A model generated the notes under the pieces. The model saw only the letters and a program-made list of their open reading frames with translations, had not been told where the DNA came from and ran no database searches. A DNA stretch of 64,000 nt, taken from Candidatus Melainabacteria bacterium 17Bon1m (GTDB taxonomy: Bacteria > Cyanobacteriota > Vampirovibrionia > Obscuribacterales > Obscuribacteraceae). The stretch is taken from contig JAVLKG010000001.1 of NCBI GenBank assembly GCA_032128875.1, positions 256,001 through 320,000 on the forward strand. The letters run 5' to 3'. Below, one piece after another: positions 25,011 through 34,976 of this stretch; within the stretch, counting starts at the first letter, position 1, and every line of letters begins with the position of its first letter. The translations under genes and the position numbers were made by a program.

Positions 25011-26042
25011 ATGAAAGCAGCTGTCATTCGAAGCTTCGGCGGTCCTGAGGTCTTCTCGGTCGAGGAGATGCCGACACCCGTCGCAGGTCCTGGTCAGGTG
25101 TTGGTGAAGGTGCACGGCGTCTTGGTCAATCGCCTCGACCACTATATCCGCAACGGCGACATCACCCAGTCGCTGCCTTTTCCGCATGTACTCGGTCTTG
25201 ACGCTGTTGGCGAAATCGCCGTCTTGGGCGAGGGAGTCACGAAGTTTCGTATGGGCGATCGCGTCATCACTGCTCCAGGTTATCCAGCGGACCCGAAAGA
25301 ATACAGCTTCCGACCCATGACTCTCGCGCCAAGTTATTCCATGCGAGGGTTGCAGCTGCCCGGCACATATGCGCAATATGTTGCAGTGCCTCAGGAATTC
25401 GTCATTCCCGATAGGACGGGGCTTGCGACCGAGATAGTTGCGGCACTGCCCGTGCCGCTGATGACGGCGGTCAACGCCGTGCAAAAGGTCGGCGGCGTGA
25501 AGTCGGGAGACTTTGTTCTAATCCACGCGGGCGGCTCGTTGACAGGTTATATGGGCATCCAGGTTGCGAAGGCCCTGGGCGCACGCGTTGCTGCTACTGC
25601 GCGAAGCATTGAAGCGCGGGAGATGGCTGGAGCCGCGGGGGCAGAGCTGGTCGTTAATGTCAGCGATGCCGATTTCAACGATTGGATTTTGAAATGGACG
25701 GATGGTCGCGGCGTTGATGTGGCGGTTGATAGTCTTGGCGGAGACACTTTCGAGAAAACAATCAACGCCGTGAAAAAAGCCGGAGTCATTGTGGCGATGG
25801 GCTTTATGTCCGGCTCCGAAGTGAAGTTCGACATCAGAAGTCTGTTTTTCCAAGAGAAACAGATCCGCGGCTCGCTCACCGCGGACATTGAAGATCTCGC
25901 ACCATGGCTTGATCTTGTTCGCAAGGAAGTCATCAAACCTAAAATCGACTGCACGCTCCCATTGAGTGAAGCTGCAAAAGCGCACGAATTAGTTTCACAA
26001 AACAAAGCCAAGGGTGCTGTAGTCCTTTTGCCCTGGGCGTGA
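25011..26042 (+). CDS. MDR-family NAD(P)H quinone oxidoreductase/alcohol dehydrogenase-like protein
   Basis: MKAAVIRSFGGPEV, PHVLGLDAVG, GTYAQYV, GRGVDVAVDSLGG; catalytic Zn cysteines absent. Confidence 0.9.
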   Translation: MKAAVIRSFGGPEVFSVEEMPTPVAGPGQVLVKVHGVLVNRLDHYIRNGDITQSLPFPHVLGLDAVGEIAVLGEGVTKFRMGDRVITAPGYPADPKEYSFRPMTLAPSYSMRGLQLPGTYAQYVAVPQEFVIPDRTGLATEIVAALPVPLMTAVNAVQKVGGVKSGDFVLIHAGGSLTGYMGIQVAKALGARVAATARSIEAREMAGAAGAELVVNVSDADFNDWILKWTDGRGVDVAVDSLGGDTFEKTINAVKKAGVIVAMGFMSGSEVKFDIRSLFFQEKQIRGSLTADIEDLAPWLDLVRKEVIKPKIDCTLPLSEAAKAHELVSQNKAKGAVVLLPWA

Positions 26043-26088
26043 TCAAAAGCGTTCTTGGCGGGCACCAGAACGTGCGGAAACACTATAG

Positions 26089-27657
26089 ATGCATCAGGTA
26101 GAGATCTTAGCCATACTGTTAGCGGTTGTGGGCGCAGTGGGCGTCGTCGCAGATCAGTTTCGCGCGCCTTTGCCCATAATGCTCATTTTCTCCGGCGTGT
26201 TGATCTCGCTTGTGCCTTATGTCCCGCCGATGCATCTAGATCCTGAGGTGGTCTTCTTCATCGTCCTGCCACCACTGTTGTACATGGACTCTTTTCAGAC
26301 ACCATGGAAAAAGCTAAGGGACGTCGGCGATTTGATTTCAATGCAGGCAGTTGGATTAGTCATTGCCACTATATTCGGTGTCGCTGCCGCTATACGACTG
26401 GTCGTCCCGCAGATGCCGTGGGCTGTTGCGCTTGCGTTGGGCGCAATCGTTTCTCCCACTGACGCCGTGGCTGTCTCTGCCATGGCGAGAGGGACGCATA
26501 TCCCCCGCAGAACGATGGATATTATAAAAGGCGAGAGCCTTGTCAATGATGCAACCGGCTTGGTTGGATTTCAGTATGCGGTTGCAGCCGCGGTGACTGG
26601 CACTTTCTCGCTGGTTAATGCGAGCGAGACTTTTCTCTATCTTTCCATTGGCGGAGTTGCTGTAGGACTTGTGCTTGGTGGCGTTCTCAGCAAAATCAGA
26701 ACCGACCTCAGCCACCGACCTGCAGAAATCATCGCGTCTTTGCTGTCACCATTTGTGGTGTATCTTGCCGCAGAGCATTTGAATGTATCCGGCATTCTTG
26801 CCGTGGTAACCGCGGGGTTGTTTCTGGGGATGCGCAGTCCCAAAATGCTCTCATCGCCCGCGCGCGTTCAAGCTATGGCAAATTGGGAAACCATCACCTA
26901 CATATTGAATGGTTTGACATTTTTGCTGATTGGCTTGCAGGTTCGACCAATCATGGAAAAGGTTTTGACTACGCCTTCGATGCATCTTTTCCTCTGCTCG
27001 CTCGTCGTGATTGTCAGTTTGTTTTTGATTAGATTTGTTTGGACGTTCGCGACTGTCTTGCTGTTTAAAACATTCACGGGCCATGGTGCTCCCGATTTCA
27101 AACACCTCTTCATCTTTTCGTGGTGCGGAATGCGCGGGGTGGTTTCACTTGCTGCTGCGCTTTCCTTGCCATTCAAACTCCAAGACGGGCAGCCGCTTCC
27201 CTTCAGAGATCTGCTGATTTTCATTACGATCGTTGTGATTGCTTTTTCATTGTTTGTGCAGGGTGGAACATTGCCCGCGCTTCTGCGCCGATTTGGTTTT
27301 TCCAATGAAGACGATAACAGTGACGAGGTTGAGCGAAAAATCAGATTGAAACTTTCACGTGAAGCATTGAGAGCTCTTGATGAAGAGGCGACTCGCTCAG
27401 GTATTGATAGAACCGATCCGATTTTTCAGGAAGTTATCAACTCTTATGTGCTGACCGCGACTTCAAACATGCAAGCGCGCGATGCTGAGCAAACTGAGTT
27501 GGCGCAAAAACTGGAAGGTATCGCTATAAAGTCCCAACGCGATTTGCTGATTCGTTTGCGCGAACACCACGATGTTGATGAAGCAGTGTTTCAGTCATTG
27601 CAGCGCGAGCTGGACCTCGCCGATATTCAACGCCTGCCGACCGAGCGCCGGTCGTAG
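26089..27657 (+). CDS. Na+/H+ antiporter, CPA1 (NhaP/YjcE type)
   Basis: LPPLLY, GAIVSPTDAVA, GESLVNDATG, GMRGVVSLAAAL. Confidence 0.93.
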   Translation: MHQVEILAILLAVVGAVGVVADQFRAPLPIMLIFSGVLISLVPYVPPMHLDPEVVFFIVLPPLLYMDSFQTPWKKLRDVGDLISMQAVGLVIATIFGVAAAIRLVVPQMPWAVALALGAIVSPTDAVAVSAMARGTHIPRRTMDIIKGESLVNDATGLVGFQYAVAAAVTGTFSLVNASETFLYLSIGGVAVGLVLGGVLSKIRTDLSHRPAEIIASLLSPFVVYLAAEHLNVSGILAVVTAGLFLGMRSPKMLSSPARVQAMANWETITYILNGLTFLLIGLQVRPIMEKVLTTPSMHLFLCSLVVIVSLFLIRFVWTFATVLLFKTFTGHGAPDFKHLFIFSWCGMRGVVSLAAALSLPFKLQDGQPLPFRDLLIFITIVVIAFSLFVQGGTLPALLRRFGFSNEDDNSDEVERKIRLKLSREALRALDEEATRSGIDRTDPIFQEVINSYVLTATSNMQARDAEQTELAQKLEGIAIKSQRDLLIRLREHHDVDEAVFQSLQRELDLADIQRLPTERRS

Positions 27658-27713
27658 CTCAAGTAGGTCATTCTTGCAGAATGAGCACCTAGCATGGTTG
27701 CGTTCGCATTAGA

Positions 27714-28331
27714 TTACTTGCGCAGTTCGAGCCCGTTGAGCGCGAAGTCAAAATACCCTTGTAAGTGTTTCTTCAACTCACCTTTGGGTCTTCCCGTGCG
27801 AACCCAATGATATTGTTCGCACAAAATCGCCAAGTCCAAAAGATGAGCAATCCTGCAGCGGTCGATGTCTTTTCGGTAAACGCCGGTTTCCTGCCCTCGC
27901 TGAATGATGTAGTCGAGGCAGATGGTCATCGGCTCCGGTTTGCACGCGGACACGCTTTCGCGTTCCATTAAAGGACTAAAGCGCTGATTGCAAAATACAT
28001 CCAACAAACGGAAGTTTTTCTCAGTCCACTCGGCGACGTCTACGCAGAGTTTTTCAATCATCTCGTTGACGGGTAGTTGCTGGGCCCGCAGGCTCTCGAC
28101 ATAGGCGAGGGCTTCTTCGGTGCCTTTGCGTTTTATCTCGAGCGCGATCTCCTCCTTCGACTTGAAATATGAGTAGAAGGTCACTTTGGCGACGTCAGCT
28201 TCAAGCACTATGTCGTCGATTGTTGTGCCTGAATAGCCATGTTTCGTAAAAAGAAGCGTCGCCGCATCAATTAATGTCTGGCGCCTGTGCTCTTTCTTGC
28301 GATCTTTTCGTGATAATTCAGTGCTATTCAT
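27714..28331 (-). CDS. TetR/AcrR family regulator
   Basis: GYSGTTIDDIVLEADVAKVTFYSYFKSKEE; divergent from RND operon. Confidence 0.93.
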   Translation of the reverse strand: MNSTELSRKDRKKEHRRQTLIDAATLLFTKHGYSGTTIDDIVLEADVAKVTFYSYFKSKEEIALEIKRKGTEEALAYVESLRAQQLPVNEMIEKLCVDVAEWTEKNFRLLDVFCNQRFSPLMERESVSACKPEPMTICLDYIIQRGQETGVYRKDIDRCRIAHLLDLAILCEQYHWVRTGRPKGELKKHLQGYFDFALNGLELRK

Positions 28332-28339
28332 TTGACAAG

Positions 28340-28371
28340 CATAACACGGTATGAAAACATACTAGAGTATG
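28340..28371. promoter_or_regulatory. Two tandem palindromic candidate TetR operators
   Basis: CATAACACGGTATG (28340-28353) and CATACTAGAGTATG (28358-28371). Confidence 0.6.
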
Positions 28372-28433
28372 GTTTTTTAATCTTGGTGAAGGGCAGACCT
28401 TTGCTCTTCAATAATTAGTCCTTTCTGGTAACC

Positions 28434-29693
28434 ATGGCATCCCAGTTCAAATTATTACCAATATTCCTTTTTATATGCTTTGCCGCGTTTTTCTGCACGG
28501 CTTGCAACGAAACGCCCAAGCAGATGGGAATGCCGCCGGCGATGGTGGCGATAGAACCTGTGCGCGTTGGACCATTCAAAGAAAAGTCCGACTATCTCGC
28601 CAATTTGAAATCGCGCAAATCCATCACGCTTTCACCCAACGTGGAAGGGCACATCGAAAGCATCGAAGTGACCGCCGGTCAGGTTGTTGCGGCGGGCACT
28701 CGCATCATGCAGATTGATTCGCGAATGCAAACCGCACAGACCCATGCTGTCGCTTCTGCTGCAGACTCGGTCAATTCCGACCTCGCCAATGCCCAAGCCA
28801 CGCTACGCTCGCTCCAGAACACGTTGTTGAGCAAGCAGGCGAATGTCGATTACACTCGTTCGCAACACAAAAGATATGGCACCCTGCAAACGGAAGGTGC
28901 TGTTTCGCAAGCGGAGTTAGACGCCTGGAGCAACAATTACAAAGCCGCTGTTGCCGAAAGAGATGCTGTCCAACAGCAGATTGAAGCGCAGAAGATGACG
29001 GTTCAAAAATACGAGCGCAGTCACAATCAAGCTGTCTCTAACCTGCAAGCGCAGAAAGAAAATCTCAAGTACTACAATATCGTCGCTCCGTTTAGCGGCA
29101 CTATTGGCGACATTCCAGTGAAGTTGGGCGACCGGGTCACGTCGGACACAGCGTTGACGACGCTGACTGAAAATCATCCGCTCGAAGTGTACATCTCGAT
29201 TCCAGCAGAAAAGGCCAGCCTCATGCAGAAAGGCATGAAGGTTCAACTTGTGAGCACTGATGGTGTCGATTACGGAAGCAGCGAGCTGATTTTTATCTCA
29301 CCGACCGTGGACCCGAATAGTCAGACTGTTCTTATCAAAACGCTCTATCCGAATACGAAGAGCATGCTGCGCGCGGATCAAACTGTGCGGGCGCAGGTTT
29401 TGTGGAAAACGCGCGAAGGCATTTCGGTTCCGACTTCTGCGGTTATGCAGGCGGCAGGAAAATATTTTGTCTTCACCGCTGTGGAAACCGCCGGCAAGCT
29501 CAGCGCCAAGCAGGTCGAGATTGAAGTTATTGGCATCGAGGGCGATGCGTATCAGGTTAAAAGCGGTTTGAAGAAGACCGACAAGATAGTGACGACCGGC
29601 ATTCAGCGACTTGCTGACGGCGCACCGATTATGGAAAAACCATCTGGTGTGAAACCCGACAGCACGGCGCAAACCACTCAGAGCATTCATTAG
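28434..29693 (+). CDS. RND efflux periplasmic adaptor (MFP) subunit
   Basis: Lipoprotein-like N-terminus, lipoyl half-motifs, IVAPFSGTIG, ISPTVDPNSQT. Confidence 0.93.
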   Translation: MASQFKLLPIFLFICFAAFFCTACNETPKQMGMPPAMVAIEPVRVGPFKEKSDYLANLKSRKSITLSPNVEGHIESIEVTAGQVVAAGTRIMQIDSRMQTAQTHAVASAADSVNSDLANAQATLRSLQNTLLSKQANVDYTRSQHKRYGTLQTEGAVSQAELDAWSNNYKAAVAERDAVQQQIEAQKMTVQKYERSHNQAVSNLQAQKENLKYYNIVAPFSGTIGDIPVKLGDRVTSDTALTTLTENHPLEVYISIPAEKASLMQKGMKVQLVSTDGVDYGSSELIFISPTVDPNSQTVLIKTLYPNTKSMLRADQTVRAQVLWKTREGISVPTSAVMQAAGKYFVFTAVETAGKLSAKQVEIEVIGIEGDAYQVKSGLKKTDKIVTTGIQRLADGAPIMEKPSGVKPDSTAQTTQSIH

Positions 29694-29717
29694 CGCTGAG
29701 TTTTCGAGGAAACCAAC

Positions 29718-32700
29718 ATGTTCGTCAACTTTTTCATCAGCCGCCCGATTTTTGCTTCAGTTTGCTCGCTGGTGATTGTAATCGCGGGTTTGGTGTCTAT
29801 TCCCAACCTTCCGATTGCGCAATTCCCAGACATTGTTCCGCCGCAAATCAAAGTTACATCCGCGTACACTGGCGCCAGCGCCAGTGCGGTAGAAGCATCT
29901 GTCACCAACATTCTCGAACAACAAATAAACGGTGTTCGCGGAATGAAGTATCTGACGTCCAGCAGCGGCAACGACGGGACGAGCACCATCAACGTCACCT
30001 TCGACCTCGAGCGTGATATCGATGCTGCGGCAGTCGACGTGCAGAATCGCGTCGGCTCTGTTCAGGGGCGCTTGCCTGACGAGGTCAAAAAGACCGGCGT
30101 CACTGTTGATAAAGTTTCAACCACAATTATCTTCGCGGCTGCGCTCTCGTCTGACCGGCATGACGCGCTCTATTTGAGCAATTACGCAGACTTGTATATC
30201 AAGGATGCTTTGAAACGCGTCAAGGGTGTGGGCGATGTCACCATATTTGGTGAGCGCAAATACTCGATGCGTATTTGGTTAGACCCGACTAAGCTGAACA
30301 ATCGAAAGATAACTACAGCCGACGTAACGCGCGCGCTGCAGAGTCAAAACGTCCAGGTAGCCAGCGGTTCTATCGGTAAGGCGCCTTACCCGAAAGGGCA
30401 ATCTTTTGAAATTAGCACGCGGGTTGTCGGCCGTTTGCGCACGCCTGAAGAGTTCGCAAATATCGTCATCAAAGGTGGTCCTTTCGGCTCCGTCGTCAAA
30501 ATCAAAGACGTCGGGCGGGTTGAGCTAGGCGCGGAAAATTATGGAACATTCTTGCGCTACAAAGGCAAAAACGCCGTCGGTATTGCAATCTATCAATTCC
30601 CTGGCGCCAACGCGCTTGATGTCGCTCGTGACGCGAAAGTAGAACTTGCAAAGCTGACTCAAAACTTGCCGCCGGGTATTCAATGCGAAATAGCGTTCGA
30701 CACGACGCGCGCCGTTGAAGAGTCGATTCACGAGGTGGTTAAAACCCTCGGCGAAGCTATCTTCCTTGTAATTCTCGTCATCTTCCTTTTCTTGCAGAGC
30801 TGGCGGACGACAATCATTCCGGCAATCACAATTCCGGTTTCTTTGGTGGGTACCTTCGCCGTCATGAAGGCGATGGGCTTTTCCATCAACACATTGACGT
30901 TGTTTGGTATCACGCTCGCCACTGGACTAGTGGTTGACGACGCGATCGTTGTCATTGAAAACATCGCGCGCTTGATGGAAGAGAAGAAAATCTCGGCTGT
31001 CGAAGCAGCGCGACAAGGCATGAAAGAAGTCACCGGCGCAGTTATTGCGACGGCACTCGTGCTGGCAGCGGTGTTCATTCCGGTCGCATTTTTCCCGGGC
31101 ACAACCGGTCAGTTGTACAGGCAGTTCGCCTTGACATTGGCAATATCTGTGGCGATCTCGGCTTTTAATGCCTTGACTCTTACGCCTGCTCTTTCGGCGT
31201 TGCTGTTGAAAAACGAGCATGGCCGCTCAAATTGGTTCTTCTCTAAAATCAATTGGTTTCTAGATTCGCTGCGCGACTTTTTCGAGTCGACATTGGGCTT
31301 CTTGCTGAAGTTCAAGCCCGTCGTGGTTGTCGGCTTTATCGCGTCGCTCGCCTTGACCGCATTCTTGTACACCAAGATTCCGACCGGGTTTTTGCCCGAC
31401 GAAGATGTCGGCTATTTCATGATTATCGTGCAGGGACCTGACGGCGTTTCGCTCGACTACACCTCCAATGTTGTGGCAAAAGTCGAAAAAGTCGTGAGCA
31501 CAATCCCGGCAATCAGCGGTGTTTTTGCCGTCGGTGGATTCAGCTTCTCTGGCAATAATTCCAGCAACGCGATTGTATTCTGCACGTTAAAACCCTGGAA
31601 CGAACGGCACAAAGAGCAAGATTCCGCCAATGGCATTATCGCCTCATTGCGCGGACCGCTGTTTGGTATTGACGAGGCATTCTGTATTCCGTTTAACCCA
31701 CCGCCTATTCAAGGCTTGGGCAATTTCGGCGGCTTTGCTTTCGAGTTGGAAAACACCCAGCGCTTGCCCCTCGAAGAGTTTTCCAAAATCTCTGACGGCT
31801 TCCTTGCTGAGGCGCGAAAGAGTCCGCTGCTCACCGGGATTCAGACTACATTCCGGATGAATTCCCCTCAGCTGATAATTGACGTCGACCGCGACAAGGT
31901 TGAATCTCTCGGAATTGACGTCGGTGATATCTTCAACACATTGCAGGTATTCATCGGTTCGCTTTACGTCAATGATTTCGATTATTTGGATCGTTCGTAC
32001 CGAACCTATCTGCAGGCGGATAGTCAATTCCGCAGCAATCCCAAGGACATAGACCAACTGTACGTCCGCGCGCCAGGTGTGTCCGGTGCCGCTGGTGCTA
32101 TGGTCCCGATTTCGAATTTCATCACGAAGAAAAATACGACTTCGCCGCCGACGATTTCGCACTACAACATGTTCAAGTCGATTGAAGTCAACGGTGCGCC
32201 CGCGCCTGGCGTAAGCTCTGGACAGGCAATTGCGGAGATGGAAGCGATTGCGAAGCGAACACTTCCGCGTGGTACCAGCTTTGAATGGACGGGAATTTCT
32301 TTGGAAGAAATTCAGTCCGGCAACCTGGCGATTTTGATCTTTGCACTTGGACTTTTGTTCGTATTTCTCGTGTTGGCAGCTCAATACGAAAGTTTGATGG
32401 ACCCGTTGATTATTTTGTTTGCGGTACCGCTGGCGGTGCTCGGTGCAATCGGTGCGCAGATGATGCGCGGATTGCAAAACGATATTTTTTGCCAAATCGG
32501 TCTTGTTATGTTGATTGGATTGGCTAGTAAAAACTCCATCCTCATCGTTGAGTTCGCCAACCAGTTGCACGCGAAGGGTCTCTCGTATCACAAAGCGATT
32601 GTTGACGCGGCGCTCACACGTCTGCGACCAATTTTGATGACGTCGTTGGCTTTCATCTTCGGGATTTTGCCGCTGGCGATTGCTGAGGGCGCGGGTGCAA

Positions 32701-32903
32701 ACGGCCGGCACTCGCTCGGAACAACCGTTATGGGCGGCATGATTGTTTCGACAATCTTGAGCTTGTACGTCGTGCCTGTTCTGTATCTCGTCTTCAAGTC
32801 AATCAAGGGCATGTTCATCAAAGAACCAAAGCTGACGATTCCACCCGACGACGACGTGAACACCAGCGTCTCCGGCGATCTGCCGAACAAGAAATTCTCG
32901 TAA
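29718..32903 (+). CDS. RND efflux permease, HAE1 (AcrB/MexB-like)
   Basis: FFISRPIFA, GLVVDDAIVVIEN, GLASKNSILIVEFA, RLRPILMTS. Confidence 0.97.
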   Translation: MFVNFFISRPIFASVCSLVIVIAGLVSIPNLPIAQFPDIVPPQIKVTSAYTGASASAVEASVTNILEQQINGVRGMKYLTSSSGNDGTSTINVTFDLERDIDAAAVDVQNRVGSVQGRLPDEVKKTGVTVDKVSTTIIFAAALSSDRHDALYLSNYADLYIKDALKRVKGVGDVTIFGERKYSMRIWLDPTKLNNRKITTADVTRALQSQNVQVASGSIGKAPYPKGQSFEISTRVVGRLRTPEEFANIVIKGGPFGSVVKIKDVGRVELGAENYGTFLRYKGKNAVGIAIYQFPGANALDVARDAKVELAKLTQNLPPGIQCEIAFDTTRAVEESIHEVVKTLGEAIFLVILVIFLFLQSWRTTIIPAITIPVSLVGTFAVMKAMGFSINTLTLFGITLATGLVVDDAIVVIENIARLMEEKKISAVEAARQGMKEVTGAVIATALVLAAVFIPVAFFPGTTGQLYRQFALTLAISVAISAFNALTLTPALSALLLKNEHGRSNWFFSKINWFLDSLRDFFESTLGFLLKFKPVVVVGFIASLALTAFLYTKIPTGFLPDEDVGYFMIIVQGPDGVSLDYTSNVVAKVEKVVSTIPAISGVFAVGGFSFSGNNSSNAIVFCTLKPWNERHKEQDSANGIIASLRGPLFGIDEAFCIPFNPPPIQGLGNFGGFAFELENTQRLPLEEFSKISDGFLAEARKSPLLTGIQTTFRMNSPQLIIDVDRDKVESLGIDVGDIFNTLQVFIGSLYVNDFDYLDRSYRTYLQADSQFRSNPKDIDQLYVRAPGVSGAAGAMVPISNFITKKNTTSPPTISHYNMFKSIEVNGAPAPGVSSGQAIAEMEAIAKRTLPRGTSFEWTGISLEEIQSGNLAILIFALGLLFVFLVLAAQYESLMDPLIILFAVPLAVLGAIGAQMMRGLQNDIFCQIGLVMLIGLASKNSILIVEFANQLHAKGLSYHKAIVDAALTRLRPILMTSLAFIFGILPLAIAEGAGANGRHSLGTTVMGGMIVSTILSLYVVPVLYLVFKSIKGMFIKEPKLTIPPDDDVNTSVSGDLPNKKFS

Positions 32904-32923
32904 ATAGCGTGGGCGCATTATTC

Positions 32924-33029
32924 GTGGGGGCGTGTTGCACACGCCCGTTTTTTATGGCGTATTGCTTGCGCCTGGGAGCGCCGGCGGCTCGCCGGCTTTG
33001 GGAATCGTGGGGGCGTGTTGCACACGCCC
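32924..33029. repeat. REP-like mosaic (family 2 - family 3 - family 2)
   Basis: Two identical GTGGGGGCGTGTTGCACACGCCC flanking CCTGGGAGCGCCGGCGGCTCGCCGGC. Confidence 0.85.
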
Positions 33030-33120
33030 GTTTCAATTCCCGCCAGTGCTGTCTTAAGCAACATCGTCCACGCCGGGCATAACTGTTACAGAGCTTGCTC
33101 CGTCAGCGCTTCTATGAGCA

Positions 33121-33711
33121 ATGCGGTTTGATAACAGGAGGAGTGTCGTGCTAGGTCAAGGTCTATCTATCGCTGTAGCTTCCCTGCTGGGATATATGAT
33201 TTGGGAGGCAGCAAAGCAATGCGCTCGGGCTCCGTTTAGCGATAGCGAGAATTATTTTGGAACGGACCCCTTTCGTCCTCGGCAGTTAATTGTGAAGGAT
33301 GACCTTGGGGCTGCGAAGCAGAAATTGAGTAACGCTCTGCTCGAGCTCGAATTTATGAACAGGTGGACCATTCGTGAAAATGCCCCGAGAGGCAATAACG
33401 TGTTTGCGGAAATGCCGATTAAACACGGGCGAGAGAAGTTTTTTCTGCATTTAAACGCTGTCTTTGCACCTATTTCAAACGGATGCGACATTCGGTTGGT
33501 TTATCGATTGAAAGCCTACCGCTTTCCTGAGTCAGAATCGTATGCAGAAATGCCGCGGCGATTGCTGATGAGTGTTGGTGAACGAGTATGTTTAGAAACC
33601 AATTCGAAGTTGCTGAAAACCTTTGGCATGTTGGGCGAAAACGCTATGCGCGAAAAACCGTTTGACCTTAATGAGTATCTGAAGCATATGGTCAAGCCAT
33701 TCAGACGTTAA
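33121..33711 (+). CDS. Hypothetical protein with N-terminal TM
   Basis: AGGAGG SD points to a GTG start near 33148. Confidence 0.6.
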   Translation: MRFDNRRSVVLGQGLSIAVASLLGYMIWEAAKQCARAPFSDSENYFGTDPFRPRQLIVKDDLGAAKQKLSNALLELEFMNRWTIRENAPRGNNVFAEMPIKHGREKFFLHLNAVFAPISNGCDIRLVYRLKAYRFPESESYAEMPRRLLMSVGERVCLETNSKLLKTFGMLGENAMREKPFDLNEYLKHMVKPFRR

Positions 33712-33796
33712 TGACTTTTGAGCGTTCCTCCTAAATACTTCATTCTCAGGGTATTCATCTAAACGTAGTACTGTCGGCTTTTGACGAGAAACTTTT

Positions 33797-34510
33797 ATGA
33801 AAGCTTGTATTTCTAGGATTTTAATAGCTGTCGCCCTGCTTTCTTGCGTGAGCTTTTCGCCAGCCTTTGGAGACTCGGCGCTGATTAAGGGTAGCGTTCA
33901 ACGAAACGTTCAAAACCAAAGCACAGCGGGCGACGTGAATACTTCTGAGACGAGGCAGGCTGAAGCTGTTCCGCAAGAAAACCCCGCCGACTCTAAAGCC
34001 AAACTCGGCGCCACTGCTGATGACCAGCCGCCTTTAGATATTCAGGCAGCGAAAGAAGGTCAAATTACTAAGGAGCTTAGAGACAAGACTTTTCAATTGC
34101 AGAACAGTCAATCTGCGATTCAACTCCAGAGCAGTCAATCCGCCGCCCAGCTTGGCGTGCAGCAGCAGTCTACGCTGCAAGCGCGAGCAAATGGCGGCGA
34201 GGAAGTTTATGGTTGCCTTGGAGCGCTCCTCAATATGTTGAATGGTGCGATTCTCAAGATTTTTCCGCAAAGCGATTTGAATAATTTAGGGGTTCAACCC
34301 GGCGACCGCATTATTGGAGTTAACGGACATCAGTATGATTTTAGAACCATCATCAAGGAGATGGTCGGAACACCTGGCACTATCATAGAAATGGATATTC
34401 AAACTCCAACCTGTGAAGTGAGACATCTTCAGGTGCGCAGAACGGACGCCAGGCTTTTACCACAGACTGGTATGTATAAGCAGCTAACTAAACGAAATCG
34501 GTTTTGGTAG
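33797..34510 (+). CDS. Secreted protein with C-terminal PDZ-like domain
   Basis: Signal peptide; GCLGA...IFPQSDL...GVQPGDRIIGVNG...GTPGT. Confidence 0.8.
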   Translation: MKACISRILIAVALLSCVSFSPAFGDSALIKGSVQRNVQNQSTAGDVNTSETRQAEAVPQENPADSKAKLGATADDQPPLDIQAAKEGQITKELRDKTFQLQNSQSAIQLQSSQSAAQLGVQQQSTLQARANGGEEVYGCLGALLNMLNGAILKIFPQSDLNNLGVQPGDRIIGVNGHQYDFRTIIKEMVGTPGTIIEMDIQTPTCEVRHLQVRRTDARLLPQTGMYKQLTKRNRFW

Positions 34511-34802
34511 GCGGCGCTGTAAACACGTTACTATTTGCCTTTGCGTCCATGTGAGGCAGAGCCGCTGATTTTTCGTTTGCTTCCAGACCTTTTATATCGT
34601 CAGGGCCTATCTGAGACACATTGAACAACTGATATAAGTCTGGCCAACATTCAGCAGCGATGAAGATTCCTGCGTTACGGGATGTGGATATTTTTTGTGC
34701 GCGGGCGGTGGCAGATTGCATGCTGCCTCTGAAATATTCGTAGCCGTCGACTTTGACTATCCACGACTCACCGTCTTTTTCGAGTGCGATTGATTTCTGC
34801 AT
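34488..34802 (-). CDS. Hypothetical protein
   Basis: 104-aa ORF with plausible composition; short 3' overlap with convergent gene. Confidence 0.5.
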   Translation of the reverse strand: MQKSIALEKDGESWIVKVDGYEYFRGSMQSATARAQKISTSRNAGIFIAAECWPDLYQLFNVSQIGPDDIKGLEANEKSAALPHMDAKANSNVFTAPPTKTDFV

Positions 34803-34976
34803 TTATCCATTCCAAAGCTAGTGGCATGCACGTGGGACCAGCTCGGGGGAGAATAGTTCCCTCGAAATAGGTATATTTAATTTTTCTGATGATTTTTCCC
34901 AAAACCATCGCAGGACCCACACCGTTTTCCCAAAAGCGGAGAGCTGAACAATAGGATTGATTGAAAACTCCTTTAT

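Noticed and set aside
31644-32711. 355-aa antisense ORF inside the RND permease (also 55073-55918, 38709-39401, 54707-55438)
   Set aside because: Antisense or alternate-frame shadows of well-supported genes with no motifs
32924-33029. Two identical 23-bp repeats with a 60-bp gap, as a CRISPR
   Set aside because: Same unit is dispersed across the window in both orientations, which is REP behaviour
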